From NCBI GenBank assembly GCA_021810375.1, contig JAJZJB010000002.1, positions 1 through 50,430 on the forward strand: a stretch of 50,430 bases of DNA. Reading direction: 5' to 3'. The notes beneath the pieces were generated by a model. The model was not told where the DNA came from. It worked only from the letters and a program-made list of their open reading frames with translations, and did no database searches. The translations under genes were made by a program, and so were the position numbers. This document shows, piece after piece, positions 26,630-34,844 of the stretch. Position 1 is the first letter of the stretch, and each line of letters begins with the position of its first letter. Origin of the DNA: Candidatus Micrarchaeota archaeon. GTDB taxonomy: Archaea; Micrarchaeota; Micrarchaeia; Micrarchaeales; CABMGC01.

Positions 26630-29293
26630 TTATACGGAAGAAAGTGCACAGGATCCGCCGACTTCGGGCCATTGAAGGATTGCAATCCCTGCATTTCCAC
26701 CATCATAGCTACCAGCAGCACCACCCAGTCCGTATTGGCTACTTGTTTCAGAAGACGCACCAAGTCCTCCTGCCCCTATTGGCCCTGCAGTTCCACTGGC
26801 TCCGCTACTGCCTCCGGTGCCACCAGTACCTCCAGAGGTATCGCCACCGCCGCCACCACCGCCGCCGTATCCTCCTCCACCGCCGGAGCTGTAACCGGCA
26901 CCAGCCCCTCCGGTAGGGCCATCACCGCCCTGCCCCCAGCCGGCGCCGCCAACACCGCCAGTACATATGCCTCCGGAATATACTCCTGTGCCTCCGGCGC
27001 CACCCTCATGACCTGTACCGCCGCCACCACCACCTGCAGCAGTACAGCTTGGAGTACTATATGACGTTCCTCCAGTATTTCCTCCGGCGCCTGGATATGC
27101 ACCACTAAGCCCGTCTGTTGCGCCGTTGCCGCCGGCAGCTATTGCCACTGTCGTAGAACCTGAAAGTATTACAGAGTCTCCTCCGCCGCCTGCAGGACCC
27201 CAGCCGCCACCACCACCGCCGCCAGAATATACTGTTAAAGTATTACCTGAATTTAGCGTGTAGCTTCCAATTGCTTCTAGACCGTCCTTGCCGCCTGCGC
27301 TTGTATAACCTGTTGCGCCACCGCCGCCGCCATAAAGGATGTAGCTTATCGTGGCAGTGTTGGGCACAACGCCGTTGTAATAGGTGTATATGGTATTCGT
27401 GCATATAGCATTGCTGCTGGAAGAGGTAACGGTAAGCTGCGCCGTTGTAGAACATATAGATTGTGTTGCATCACATGCATCGAAGATGTAATTCCCGGTA
27501 GAAAGTGAGTTGGCGTTATACGAAGCAGAAGGTGTTCCTGAAGCTACGATGTTTGCCGGTGTGCATCCGGATCCTAGACAATATTCTACTTCGGCTTCGC
27601 CTAGGCTGTTAGCGTTAGTGCCCGTTATTATGTCATTTGTGCCAGGATTAATCAGTATGCCATTGGAAAACGATATTGACATCGGAGTTGTCAGTGTTAA
27701 GTAACTATCGGCCGTGCATGCGTTAACTGTAGTATCGCATGCCTTGAACCCATATGTGCCTGGCTGGAGCGTGTTTGTATTGTAGGTGGTGGTAGTTATA
27801 CCCGATGAGATGATTGCAGCAGGAGCGCAGCTTACACCAGAGCAATCTTCGATGTCCACTGTATCTCCTGTAACAGTTGTTGAACCCGTTATTGTATCTG
27901 ACTCTCCGGCGCTGTAAGAACCGCTGTAGGTAAAAGAAATAGATGCTGGATTCTCTATATATACAGTGTATAATGAGGAGCAAGTGTTCTTTACAGTATC
28001 ACAAGCATCAAACCTATAAGTCCCCATGCCCAATGTATTTGTATTATAAGTGACAGAAGTCGTTCCTGAGGAAAGCACATTTGACGGTGTGCAGCTGCTG
28101 CCGGCACAGTCCTCTATTGAAATAGAATCTCCAGGCCTACTGGTGGTTCCCGTTGCGGTATCCGAAACGCCTTCTTTGGGGGACGTACCTGCGGAAAATG
28201 ATAAGGAGACGGAGGGTACGCTGGCTCCGGATACGCCCAGTAGGGCTGCTTCTATAGCAGTATATTCCCCGGCAGAGCCGCCAATTGTATATGTACCGGC
28301 ACCCTGCGACTGGCAGTATGCTATTTCGGTAGCTATGCCGCTTCCTTCATATCCCTGGGTCATCTCAGTGGTACATCCAGAAGGGAAAGTAACCGAACCG
28401 CACCGGGTCCATCCGCACCCCACCATTATTACTACATCGCTATTCGAAGACAGAGAATATGACGATGATATGCTTCCTCCGCTATTGTAGTATTGAGGCG
28501 AATTAATTATGCTATATGTAGTTATGCCGTTGATTCCTATTTCAGAAAAGCTTTGCCATACTGGACCGGAGGAACTTGCACTGCAGGTGTTAGAAGACTG
28601 ACTACCTGTAGAAGCATACGGACCGTAGGCAACTACGTCTTGGCTCCAGCTCATTGATGACATTACGTAATTGTAATTTGCACCATCGCAGAAGTACATG
28701 CCGCATCCAGGATTGGCAGAAAGCGTATTTGCCTCATTGTTTCCAGCCACGGTGCAGAGACCTATTTGCTGTTGGCTGCTGCTCCCTCCCTGAATTCCAC
28801 GCAAGGATGATGTTGTAGAGACAGCTGCGCTAAATGTGGCGATCTTTGCTACAAGCCCACTCTGAATTGCGCTATTGTATGTTATCCACAAATAGCCCCT
28901 ATATGGCGTTCCTATGGCGCCCCCTGTTGAAGGGCATTGGAATATGAGTGCGGTCTTACTGCCGGAGGGCAGGGTTATAGGTATAGTCAGCGGCAAGGTG
29001 TTTGTTGGGCTTGATACAGAGCTGTTTGTACATGCGATGGAGTTTATCACTATGCTGTGCCCTGTAGCTTGGCCTAACAGTATAGATATATTTCCTGTAG
29101 AGTTTAATATCGGATTTGTACATACGTATCCTGGAGTGGCCAAGCAACTGCCTGTAGCAATAGACGATGAACCACCAAAAACCCCCAAGTAAAACAGCAG
29201 ACCGATGGCTATGGCTATTATTACAATAGACCACCCGTAAGTCATAAGGTATTCCATTGCAGACTGCGCTTTTGCCTGATGCGGGTCCATCAA
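26630..29293 (-). CDS. Class III signal peptide (archaeal type IV pilin-like) surface protein with three Cys-containing repeats and a C-terminal glycine-rich domain
   Basis: The N-terminus KAQSAMEYLMTYGWSIVIIAIAIGLLF is prepilin-like. It has three modules of about 85-90 aa, followed by YILYGGGGGATGY...VYSGGGGGGGWGPAGGGG. Confidence 0.75.
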   Translation of the reverse strand: MMDPHQAKAQSAMEYLMTYGWSIVIIAIAIGLLFYLGVFGGSSSIATGSCLATPGYVCTNPILNSTGNISILLGQATGHSIVINSIACTNSSVSSPTNTLPLTIPITLPSGSKTALIFQCPSTGGAIGTPYRGYLWITYNSAIQSGLVAKIATFSAAVSTTSSLRGIQGGSSSQQQIGLCTVAGNNEANTLSANPGCGMYFCDGANYNYVMSSMSWSQDVVAYGPYASTGSQSSNTCSASSSGPVWQSFSEIGINGITTYSIINSPQYYNSGGSISSSYSLSSNSDVVIMVGCGWTRCGSVTFPSGCTTEMTQGYEGSGIATEIAYCQSQGAGTYTIGGSAGEYTAIEAALLGVSGASVPSVSLSFSAGTSPKEGVSDTATGTTSRPGDSISIEDCAGSSCTPSNVLSSGTTSVTYNTNTLGMGTYRFDACDTVKNTCSSLYTVYIENPASISFTYSGSYSAGESDTITGSTTVTGDTVDIEDCSGVSCAPAAIISSGITTTTYNTNTLQPGTYGFKACDTTVNACTADSYLTLTTPMSISFSNGILINPGTNDIITGTNANSLGEAEVEYCLGSGCTPANIVASGTPSASYNANSLSTGNYIFDACDATQSICSTTAQLTVTSSSSNAICTNTIYTYYNGVVPNTATISYILYGGGGGATGYTSAGGKDGLEAIGSYTLNSGNTLTVYSGGGGGGGWGPAGGGGDSVILSGSTTVAIAAGGNGATDGLSGAYPGAGGNTGGTSYSTPSCTAAGGGGGGTGHEGGAGGTGVYSGGICTGGVGGAGWGQGGDGPTGGAGAGYSSGGGGGYGGGGGGGGDTSGGTGGTGGSSGASGTAGPIGAGGLGASSETSSQYGLGGAAGSYDGGNAGIAILQWPEVGGSCALSSV
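27416..28213 (-). repeat. Three tandem coding repeats of about 85-90 aa inside the pilin-like gene
   Basis: Each repeat has the pattern IS(F/L)S...D(T/I)(A/I)TG...(I/V)E(D/Y)C.G..C.P...(L/I).SG......YN.N.L..G.Y.F.ACD....C (residues about 361-626). Confidence 0.75.
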
Positions 29294-29365
29294 ACTATTA
29301 GTTGATGTGAAATTTTATAAACTTACGTATTTATCAGTCTGTCCTTTGGCCTAGCCCTTGGCAGA

Positions 29366-30595
29366 TCAGGAGGTGAACTGGTAGTATTCGAGAATCTTTT
29401 CCAGGTCTTTTTCATCCAGGTTGAGATGCCTTGCCATGAAGTCCGCAACGACTTCGTGACCTAGTTCGCTCTCTGCATATTTCATCATGGTATAGATAAG
29501 CGGTAGGCTGCCCTTGACTATGTCCTTCCTGTTTGAATGAAGTATCCCGAACAGCTTGCTTGCCACGTTGTTTATGGCTTCCTTGCCCTTCTTGACTTTG
29601 CTCAGGTATTGTATGTTTGCAGGGAACGAATACCTGTTCATCATACTTATGTCCCCGGTATTGGATACGGATACTCCAGCAGATAGGAGGATTGACGAAT
29701 AGCGCATATAGCCATAGTAGTTAGACCTTGATGCGTTCTCGTAGAAGGAACTCGCCTTGGAGAGGTACCTGTAGGAATCCCTCCTGCTCCTCTTTGAGAG
29801 ATACCTTGTAGGTATGTTCTCGTCGACCCAGTTTATCAGCATGCTCATGTCCAGGTCGGTATTAGCAGCAGCATATCTTGCTATGTCGAAATTGGATGAG
29901 AGAAATATCTTGTCCAGAACGGAGAATATCTCCATCTTGCGATCCCGCATGGACAGCGATTCGATGAGTTCGGGCCTCGCATCAAACATCATCTCCATGT
30001 CGTTTAGCGCACTTCTCACATCTCCATTGCTCCTCTTGACTATCTCTTCAAGTATCTCGTCGCTGGCATTGCGTTTTTCCTTCTCCCTTATGTTCTTGAG
30101 ATAGGCCAGGAGCTCGTCCCTTCCGATTCTCTTGAACTCGATCTTTTCCACGTAGTTCCTTAGGAAGGCAATCTTCCTGTTCCAATAGTCATTGGCAGTG
30201 AATACTATGGGCTGCTTTGACTTGTTGATAAGTTGCACTATGATATGCTCGGCTCCGCCATCGAACTTTGAAGAGAGCTCGTCTATCTCATCGAAGAGTA
30301 TCAGTACCTTCTTGTTGAACAGGCCCCTGGTCTGGCTGGCCGGAAGGACCTTCTTGCTTATAGTCTCCGCATCGCGGTAGTCACTTGAGTTGAGTTCAAG
30401 GATCTCGAACCCGTTTGCGTATGCCAACGCCCTTGCGGCGCATGTTTTTCCAGTCCCAGATGGTCCGTAGATCATGACTGGTTTGGAAACTCTTCCGGAA
30501 AGCGCATCAAGCCCGAACTTGTTGAGCTTCTCTATTGGGAATTGATTGCCTACCAGCCCGTTTAGCGTGAAAGGAGTATACTTGTCAAGCAGCAT
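29366..30595 (-). CDS. rfcL: Replication factor C large subunit
   Basis: LLDKYTP...VMIYGPSGTGKTCAARALA...ELNSSDYRD...LILFDEIDEL. I moved the start to ATG 30595 because the longer ORF abuts tRNA-Glu. Confidence 0.85.
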   Translation of the reverse strand: MLLDKYTPFTLNGLVGNQFPIEKLNKFGLDALSGRVSKPVMIYGPSGTGKTCAARALAYANGFEILELNSSDYRDAETISKKVLPASQTRGLFNKKVLILFDEIDELSSKFDGGAEHIIVQLINKSKQPIVFTANDYWNRKIAFLRNYVEKIEFKRIGRDELLAYLKNIREKEKRNASDEILEEIVKRSNGDVRSALNDMEMMFDARPELIESLSMRDRKMEIFSVLDKIFLSSNFDIARYAAANTDLDMSMLINWVDENIPTRYLSKRSRRDSYRYLSKASSFYENASRSNYYGYMRYSSILLSAGVSVSNTGDISMMNRYSFPANIQYLSKVKKGKEAINNVASKLFGILHSNRKDIVKGSLPLIYTMMKYAESELGHEVVADFMARHLNLDEKDLEKILEYYQFTS

Positions 30596-30665
30596 AAAAT
30601 CAGTGTTTATGCATATCAACGAAAAGAGATATATTAGTGTACTTTCAATATCGTGGATATTCAAA

Positions 30666-30740
30666 GCTCCTATCGTCTAGTCCGGTCAAGGACGCAGGCC
30701 TCTCACGCCTGCGACTCGGGTTCAAATCCCGATGGGAGCA
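30666..30740 (+). tRNA. tRNA-Glu (anticodon CTC)
   Basis: GCTCCTA/TGGGAGC acceptor, CAGGC-CTCTCAC-GCCTG anticodon arm, TCGGG-TTCAAAT-CCCGA T arm. 75 nt. Confidence 0.9.
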
Positions 30741-30874
30741 AATCTGATTTGGGGTTATATATAAGTCATTGAAATGTTTCCCATTTTTGTCGCCGAAGCT
30801 AAAGACGGATAGCGTTTGACTATTTTTGGTAAATTTCTAAATATACCCATGCACCAGGGCGAAGTCTTATAAAT

Positions 30875-31408
30875 ATGATTATCCATTCATATATAGTGGC
30901 AAGAGCTTGGTCTGCAATAAGTGCGTTGCGTCTTGTATTGGGGCAGAGAAGGTACCTGGTTACATTTCTAATTATTTCCGTGCTGTTCTTTATCGGATAT
31001 GGATATTTGCTCTTGCCTTCCTCGATAAATCTTGCAGGGCCCAAGATAGCCATAGGGTTGAATGCCTATTCCCTCATGGTATCAGCATCAATGGGCATAT
31101 TGTTTTCATTGTCAGTGGTAATGAGTGCCTTTGCCTTTAAGAGGAATGGCGCACTGACAGGCAAATTGGGGGTTGGAGCTGTGGTTGCTGCCATAATACC
31201 TGGCAGTTTGTGCTGTACCACACTCATACCCAGCATGTTGGCAGTGTTGGGCGCATCTACGTCTACAATAATAGGCACGGCAGGTGCATTGCAGGGCCCA
31301 TTTGCTGCATATGAAACGCCTTTAATAGTAACTTCAATTGGTTTCCTTTTGCTAAGTGTCATCCTGACATCAAGAAGCATAGCTAAATGTTGTGTGGTGA
31401 AGAAATGA
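30875..31408 (+). CDS. Membrane protein with an intramembrane vicinal Cys pair and a C-terminal CC (MerT/MerC-like candidate Hg(II) transporter)
   Basis: It has 4-5 hydrophobic segments. PGSLCCTTLIPSMLAVLG resembles the MerT TM1 motif (ACCLGPLVLIALG), and the C-terminus reads IAKCCVVKK. It is the first gene of the mer cluster. Confidence 0.45.
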   Translation: MIIHSYIVARAWSAISALRLVLGQRRYLVTFLIISVLFFIGYGYLLLPSSINLAGPKIAIGLNAYSLMVSASMGILFSLSVVMSAFAFKRNGALTGKLGVGAVVAAIIPGSLCCTTLIPSMLAVLGASTSTIIGTAGALQGPFAAYETPLIVTSIGFLLLSVILTSRSIAKCCVVKK

Positions 31409-31962
31409 AGAAGATTGTTTTAATGGCAGCAGTGATAGCGGTGGTAGTAGTAGCAGTTGTCGTCGTACTCTTTGTGCACGGTTCAACGAGCACAAGCGTA
31501 AAATTGCAGAACATAACTTCCGGTGAACTTGCACCGAATTATGAATTTCTTATAGCCAATGGCTCCTCTGCCAACCTGACATCGTATAGAGGCCATGTCA
31601 CGGTGCTGTGGTTTGTAGCCACGTGGTGCTCTAGCTGCGCGCAAGGCAATGAGGAGCTAAACCAGAACTATCAGTTTTTCAGAGAGCATGGAATAAAGGT
31701 TGTCGAATTGGAGCTATATAGGAATTTGGGATATAGCGGCCCGGATATAGCAAGCTTTGTGTACTCATATGCACCAACAGCATATGCCAACAGTACGATA
31801 ATACCCGCACAGGCAGGCTATAATATGACCGTGTCATACGACCCGAAAGGTTATCTTGACATATATTATCTTGTTTCAAGCAGTGGCAAGGTGCTTTATG
31901 TAAACAGCTCCCTTGGGTCAACTCTGGGCCAGCTTGAGCATGCCATAAATGTTTCTGAATAG
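31405..31962 (+). CDS. Membrane-anchored thioredoxin-fold (TlpA/redoxin-like) protein with a WCSSC motif
   Basis: N-terminal TM segment KKIVLMAAVIAVVVVAVVVVLF, then VLWFVATWCSSCAQG. Its ATG overlaps the upstream TGA. Confidence 0.7.
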   Translation: MKKIVLMAAVIAVVVVAVVVVLFVHGSTSTSVKLQNITSGELAPNYEFLIANGSSANLTSYRGHVTVLWFVATWCSSCAQGNEELNQNYQFFREHGIKVVELELYRNLGYSGPDIASFVYSYAPTAYANSTIIPAQAGYNMTVSYDPKGYLDIYYLVSSSGKVLYVNSSLGSTLGQLEHAINVSE

Positions 31963-32302
31963 TGATATCATGGATAAACTAGGAATAAAGACGTTCTTCT
32001 TTGCTATAGGCAACTACAGCAGATTCAGCATACTTACTGCCTTAACAGAAAAAGACCTGAACGTCAGCGAGATTGTCAATGCAACAGGCATAGAGCAGAG
32101 CAATGTGTCGCACCACATGGACTGTCTTCTGAATTGCGGTTTTGTAAATGTAAGGAAAGACGGCAAGGCGCGCATATACAGCATTAATGCAGAGGCAAGG
32201 CCGATAATAAACGGAATATTGAAGCACATACAGAAATACAGCCATGAAATAATGACCTGCGACTTGGCCAATAGGGAGTATATTTCGAGGGTGATTGAAT
32301 AG
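31949..32302 (+). CDS. ArsR/SmtB family transcriptional regulator (probable mer regulator)
   Basis: RFSILTALTEKDLNVSEIVNATGIEQSNVSHHMDCLLNCGFV is an ArsR HTH. It lies directly upstream of merA. Confidence 0.8.
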   Translation: MFLNSDIMDKLGIKTFFFAIGNYSRFSILTALTEKDLNVSEIVNATGIEQSNVSHHMDCLLNCGFVNVRKDGKARIYSINAEARPIINGILKHIQKYSHEIMTCDLANREYISRVIE

Positions 32303-33714
32303 GAAGTTTCGAATACGCAATATTAGGCCAGGGATCTGCAGCATTTGCCGCTGCAATAAAAGCAGACAGTTTGGGGATTAGGACTGCCATGATCGGAAAG
32401 AGCGCTACTAAAGGTACTGTTTTAGGTGGTACATGCATAAATGTGGGCTGCGTGCCGAGCAAGAGGCTCATAGCGGCAAGTTCCTTCATGGAGGAGCTAG
32501 GGCAGAGAAGGTTCAATGGCCTAAGCTACAGTATTGGGAAGCCCGATTATGCCAGGATAATGGATGAAAAAACGCGCCTGGTGGATGAGCTGAGAAAAGA
32601 GAAATACAAGGATGTCTTGGAGAATCTGGAAAATGTTACTTATATCAACGAAACTGCATCGTTCGTTGATAAAGATACCATAAAAGCAGGAAGGAATGAG
32701 GTAAATGCAGAGAGCATACTGGTAGCCACAGGAGCCCGCGCATCCGTTCCGCCAATAAAAGGAATAGAAAAGTCAACATATCTTACTAACGAGGAGGCAT
32801 TGTCACTCAGGAAGCTGCCCGAATCCATCATAGTTATAGGGGGGCGGGCAATTGGCCTGGAATTCGCCCAGATGTTTGCGAATTTTGGGGTAAAAGTGAC
32901 GCTGCTGCAAAGAAGCGATAGGATAATACCAAACTGGGAACCTGAAGTTAGCAGCCATCTTGCCTCTTATCTGAAGGCAAGCGGTGTGAAGCTGATTACA
33001 GGAGCTACGCCAGCCAGCATTATGACAAGCAAAAGGAATAAGGTGATAGAGGCAATGGTAAACGGCAGGCAGACCGTCTTTGAGGCAGAAGAAGTGCTGT
33101 TCGCTACTGGCCGGCGTGCCAACACAGAAAGCTTGAAGCTGGATGTTGTGGGAGTGCAACTAAATGCCAAGGGATTCATAAAAGTCGATAAACAGCTGAA
33201 AACCACAGCAGATGGCATATATGCTGCCGGAGATGTGACTGGGGAGCCTATGCTCGAGACTCTGGCTGCCAAGGAAGGCAATATAGCCACAGCAAACTTG
33301 TTTCAACATGCAGGGAAGGAGGTAAACATCAACGAGGTGCCTAGTGCTATATTCACTTATCCCGAAGCTGCTATGGTGGGCATGACCGAGGAGCAGGTTG
33401 TAAAGGATGGAATAAGATGCGCATGCAGCCCCCTCGAAATGAAGCTGGTGCCAAAGGCAAGGATAATGGGGGACCAGCGGGGCTTAGTAAAAATAGTGAT
33501 TGATAACAAAACCAAGAAGATACTAGGCGTACATATGCTCGCACCGCATGCGGCAGATATGATACATGAGGGAGTGCTTGCAGTCAAGTTTGGACTTACT
33601 ATAGATGACATAATAGACACTGTACATGTCTTCCCAACGCTTAGCGAAGGATTCAAACTGGCGGCACAGGCTTTCTATGAGGATGTTTCTAAGCTGAGCT
33701 GTTGCACTGCGTGA
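32299..33714 (+). CDS. merA: Mercuric reductase (core MerA without the NmerA domain); the start codon is unresolved
   Basis: GGTCINVGCVPSK is the redox-active disulfide and the C-terminus has the vicinal Cys pair KLSCCTA. The FAD GxGxxA motif (YAILGQGSAAFAAAIKA) is encoded at 32314-32364, upstream of the TTG 32371 used by the ORF track. Confidence 0.85.
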   Translation: MGSFEYAILGQGSAAFAAAIKADSLGIRTAMIGKSATKGTVLGGTCINVGCVPSKRLIAASSFMEELGQRRFNGLSYSIGKPDYARIMDEKTRLVDELRKEKYKDVLENLENVTYINETASFVDKDTIKAGRNEVNAESILVATGARASVPPIKGIEKSTYLTNEEALSLRKLPESIIVIGGRAIGLEFAQMFANFGVKVTLLQRSDRIIPNWEPEVSSHLASYLKASGVKLITGATPASIMTSKRNKVIEAMVNGRQTVFEAEEVLFATGRRANTESLKLDVVGVQLNAKGFIKVDKQLKTTADGIYAAGDVTGEPMLETLAAKEGNIATANLFQHAGKEVNINEVPSAIFTYPEAAMVGMTEEQVVKDGIRCACSPLEMKLVPKARIMGDQRGLVKIVIDNKTKKILGVHMLAPHAADMIHEGVLAVKFGLTIDDIIDTVHVFPTLSEGFKLAAQAFYEDVSKLSCCTA

Positions 33715-33751
33715 CATCCACCCACCCGTAACAGTGTGGGCTTCCTCTGCG

Positions 33752-34105
33752 TCATGCAATCACTGCATCCCGCAAAGGATGTGTTTTATCGGTTCTCAGT
33801 TCTCCGATGCGGCTTTTCGATGCCTGTTGCACCGCAGAGGCTATATCTCCCTGAGCGTGACTTTCCCTAAACCCGCTCGCTCCGGCTCTTTCCATAGCTA
33901 CGAGATGCGCCGTTGTCTTGCCTGCCGTGCCGGCATTCCTACGCGCAAGCATATTGAAATTGCCTGACCACGCCATACTCGATGCGAGGATAGGGCTGTG
34001 CAGTATGTGGCGTGCAAGGCTTTCAGCAGTATCCCTGGGAATCTCGCTAGACGGCCTTAGCCTGGCTTCTGGTCTGACACGCGTAGGCATGCTATAAACC
34101 TCCAC
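33752..34105 (-). pseudogene. Possible remnant of a P-loop NTPase gene (transposition-ATPase-like N-terminus)
   Basis: 117-aa ORF with the Walker A-like NAGTAGKTT, followed by only about 50 more residues. Local GC is about 53-60% on four hand-counted 60-nt lines, against a window value of about 46% estimated by eye. Confidence 0.3.
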
Positions 34106-34173
34106 AATAAGATAAACAAGCGGCTAGCCCACTTATAAGGATTTACTACAGAATTTGAAGAGACCGATGAAAT

Positions 34174-34182
34174 CTTTATATT
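34174..34182 (+). promoter_or_regulatory. Candidate TATA box for tRNA-Thr
   Basis: ctttatatt lies about 28-36 nt upstream of the tRNA 5' end. Confidence 0.35.
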
Positions 34183-34209
34183 GGTACCCGGCATAGAGTA
34201 ATCATTTCT

Positions 34210-34281
34210 GCCCCAGTAGCTCAGTGGTAGAGCGCCAGTTTTGTAAACTGGATGTCGAGGGTTCGATTCCCTTCTGGGGCT
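34210..34281 (+). tRNA. tRNA-Thr (anticodon TGT)
   Basis: GCCCCAG/CTGGGGC acceptor, GCTC/GAGC D stem, CCAGT-TTTGTAA-ACTGG anticodon arm, GAGGG-TTCGATT-CCCTT T arm. 72 nt. Confidence 0.9.
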
Positions 34282-34331
34282 TCCGGCATTTCATCCGGAC
34301 TCAGCGAATTTAAATAGCTTGGCAGGGCAAT

Positions 34332-34832
34332 GTGCTTATGGCCAATAGAAAGCTTAGGAGATATGGGCTGGAAGCCGTAGCCAAAGTGCTGATATTCATA
34401 GGATTCCTCTTTGTCCTCTTTTCCTGGGCTGCCAGTGTCTATTACTTCGGGTCGGTCGGCAGGTTTACTCTGTTTCTGGTACCACTCATATTCACATGCG
34501 TACTGGCTCTGCTTCTTTTGGTGATCAGATACAGGTACACGCTATTTGAGGGATATCCGTATCTTATGAGCCTTCCATCGTTGTTCTACCACATAAAAGA
34601 GAGGAAAGGATCCGACAATCGGAGCGTTGCATTCAGCATGATATTCACAGTGCATGCGCTGGTGATTGCCTTTTTGGGAATCATGAGCCTTGTTCTGGTG
34701 GTCAGCATAGGATCTAGCATCAGGGGCGGCACGGCGTCGCCGATCTTATACTCGTATTTGCTGGTAATTGCAGTCCTCATTGCCTCGGTGTTGCTGCAGT
34801 ACCGCAGGATATACATCAGGTTTGTTAAGTGA
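34332..34832 (+). CDS. Integral membrane protein, 4 TM, function unknown
   Basis: 166-aa ORF with four clear hydrophobic segments. Confidence 0.5.
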   Translation: MLMANRKLRRYGLEAVAKVLIFIGFLFVLFSWAASVYYFGSVGRFTLFLVPLIFTCVLALLLLVIRYRYTLFEGYPYLMSLPSLFYHIKERKGSDNRSVAFSMIFTVHALVIAFLGIMSLVLVVSIGSSIRGGTASPILYSYLLVIAVLIASVLLQYRRIYIRFVK

Positions 34833-34844
34833 GTCTTAGCGAAA

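Noticed and set aside
26644-27105. Plus-strand and alternative-frame ORFs (90-130 aa) in the glycine-rich coding tract
   Set aside because: They are artefacts of the long GGN/GCC-rich repeats. The products are His/Arg/Thr/Ala low-complexity strings, and the sense frame is continuous with the pilin-like protein.
32299-32302. Possibility that arsR and merA are one fused or frameshifted gene
   Set aside because: The two frames differ, the arsR product is complete at normal length for the family, and MerA begins with its normal FAD-binding strand. An overlap-coupled non-canonical start explains the data more simply. This is retained as a finding, not a fusion call.
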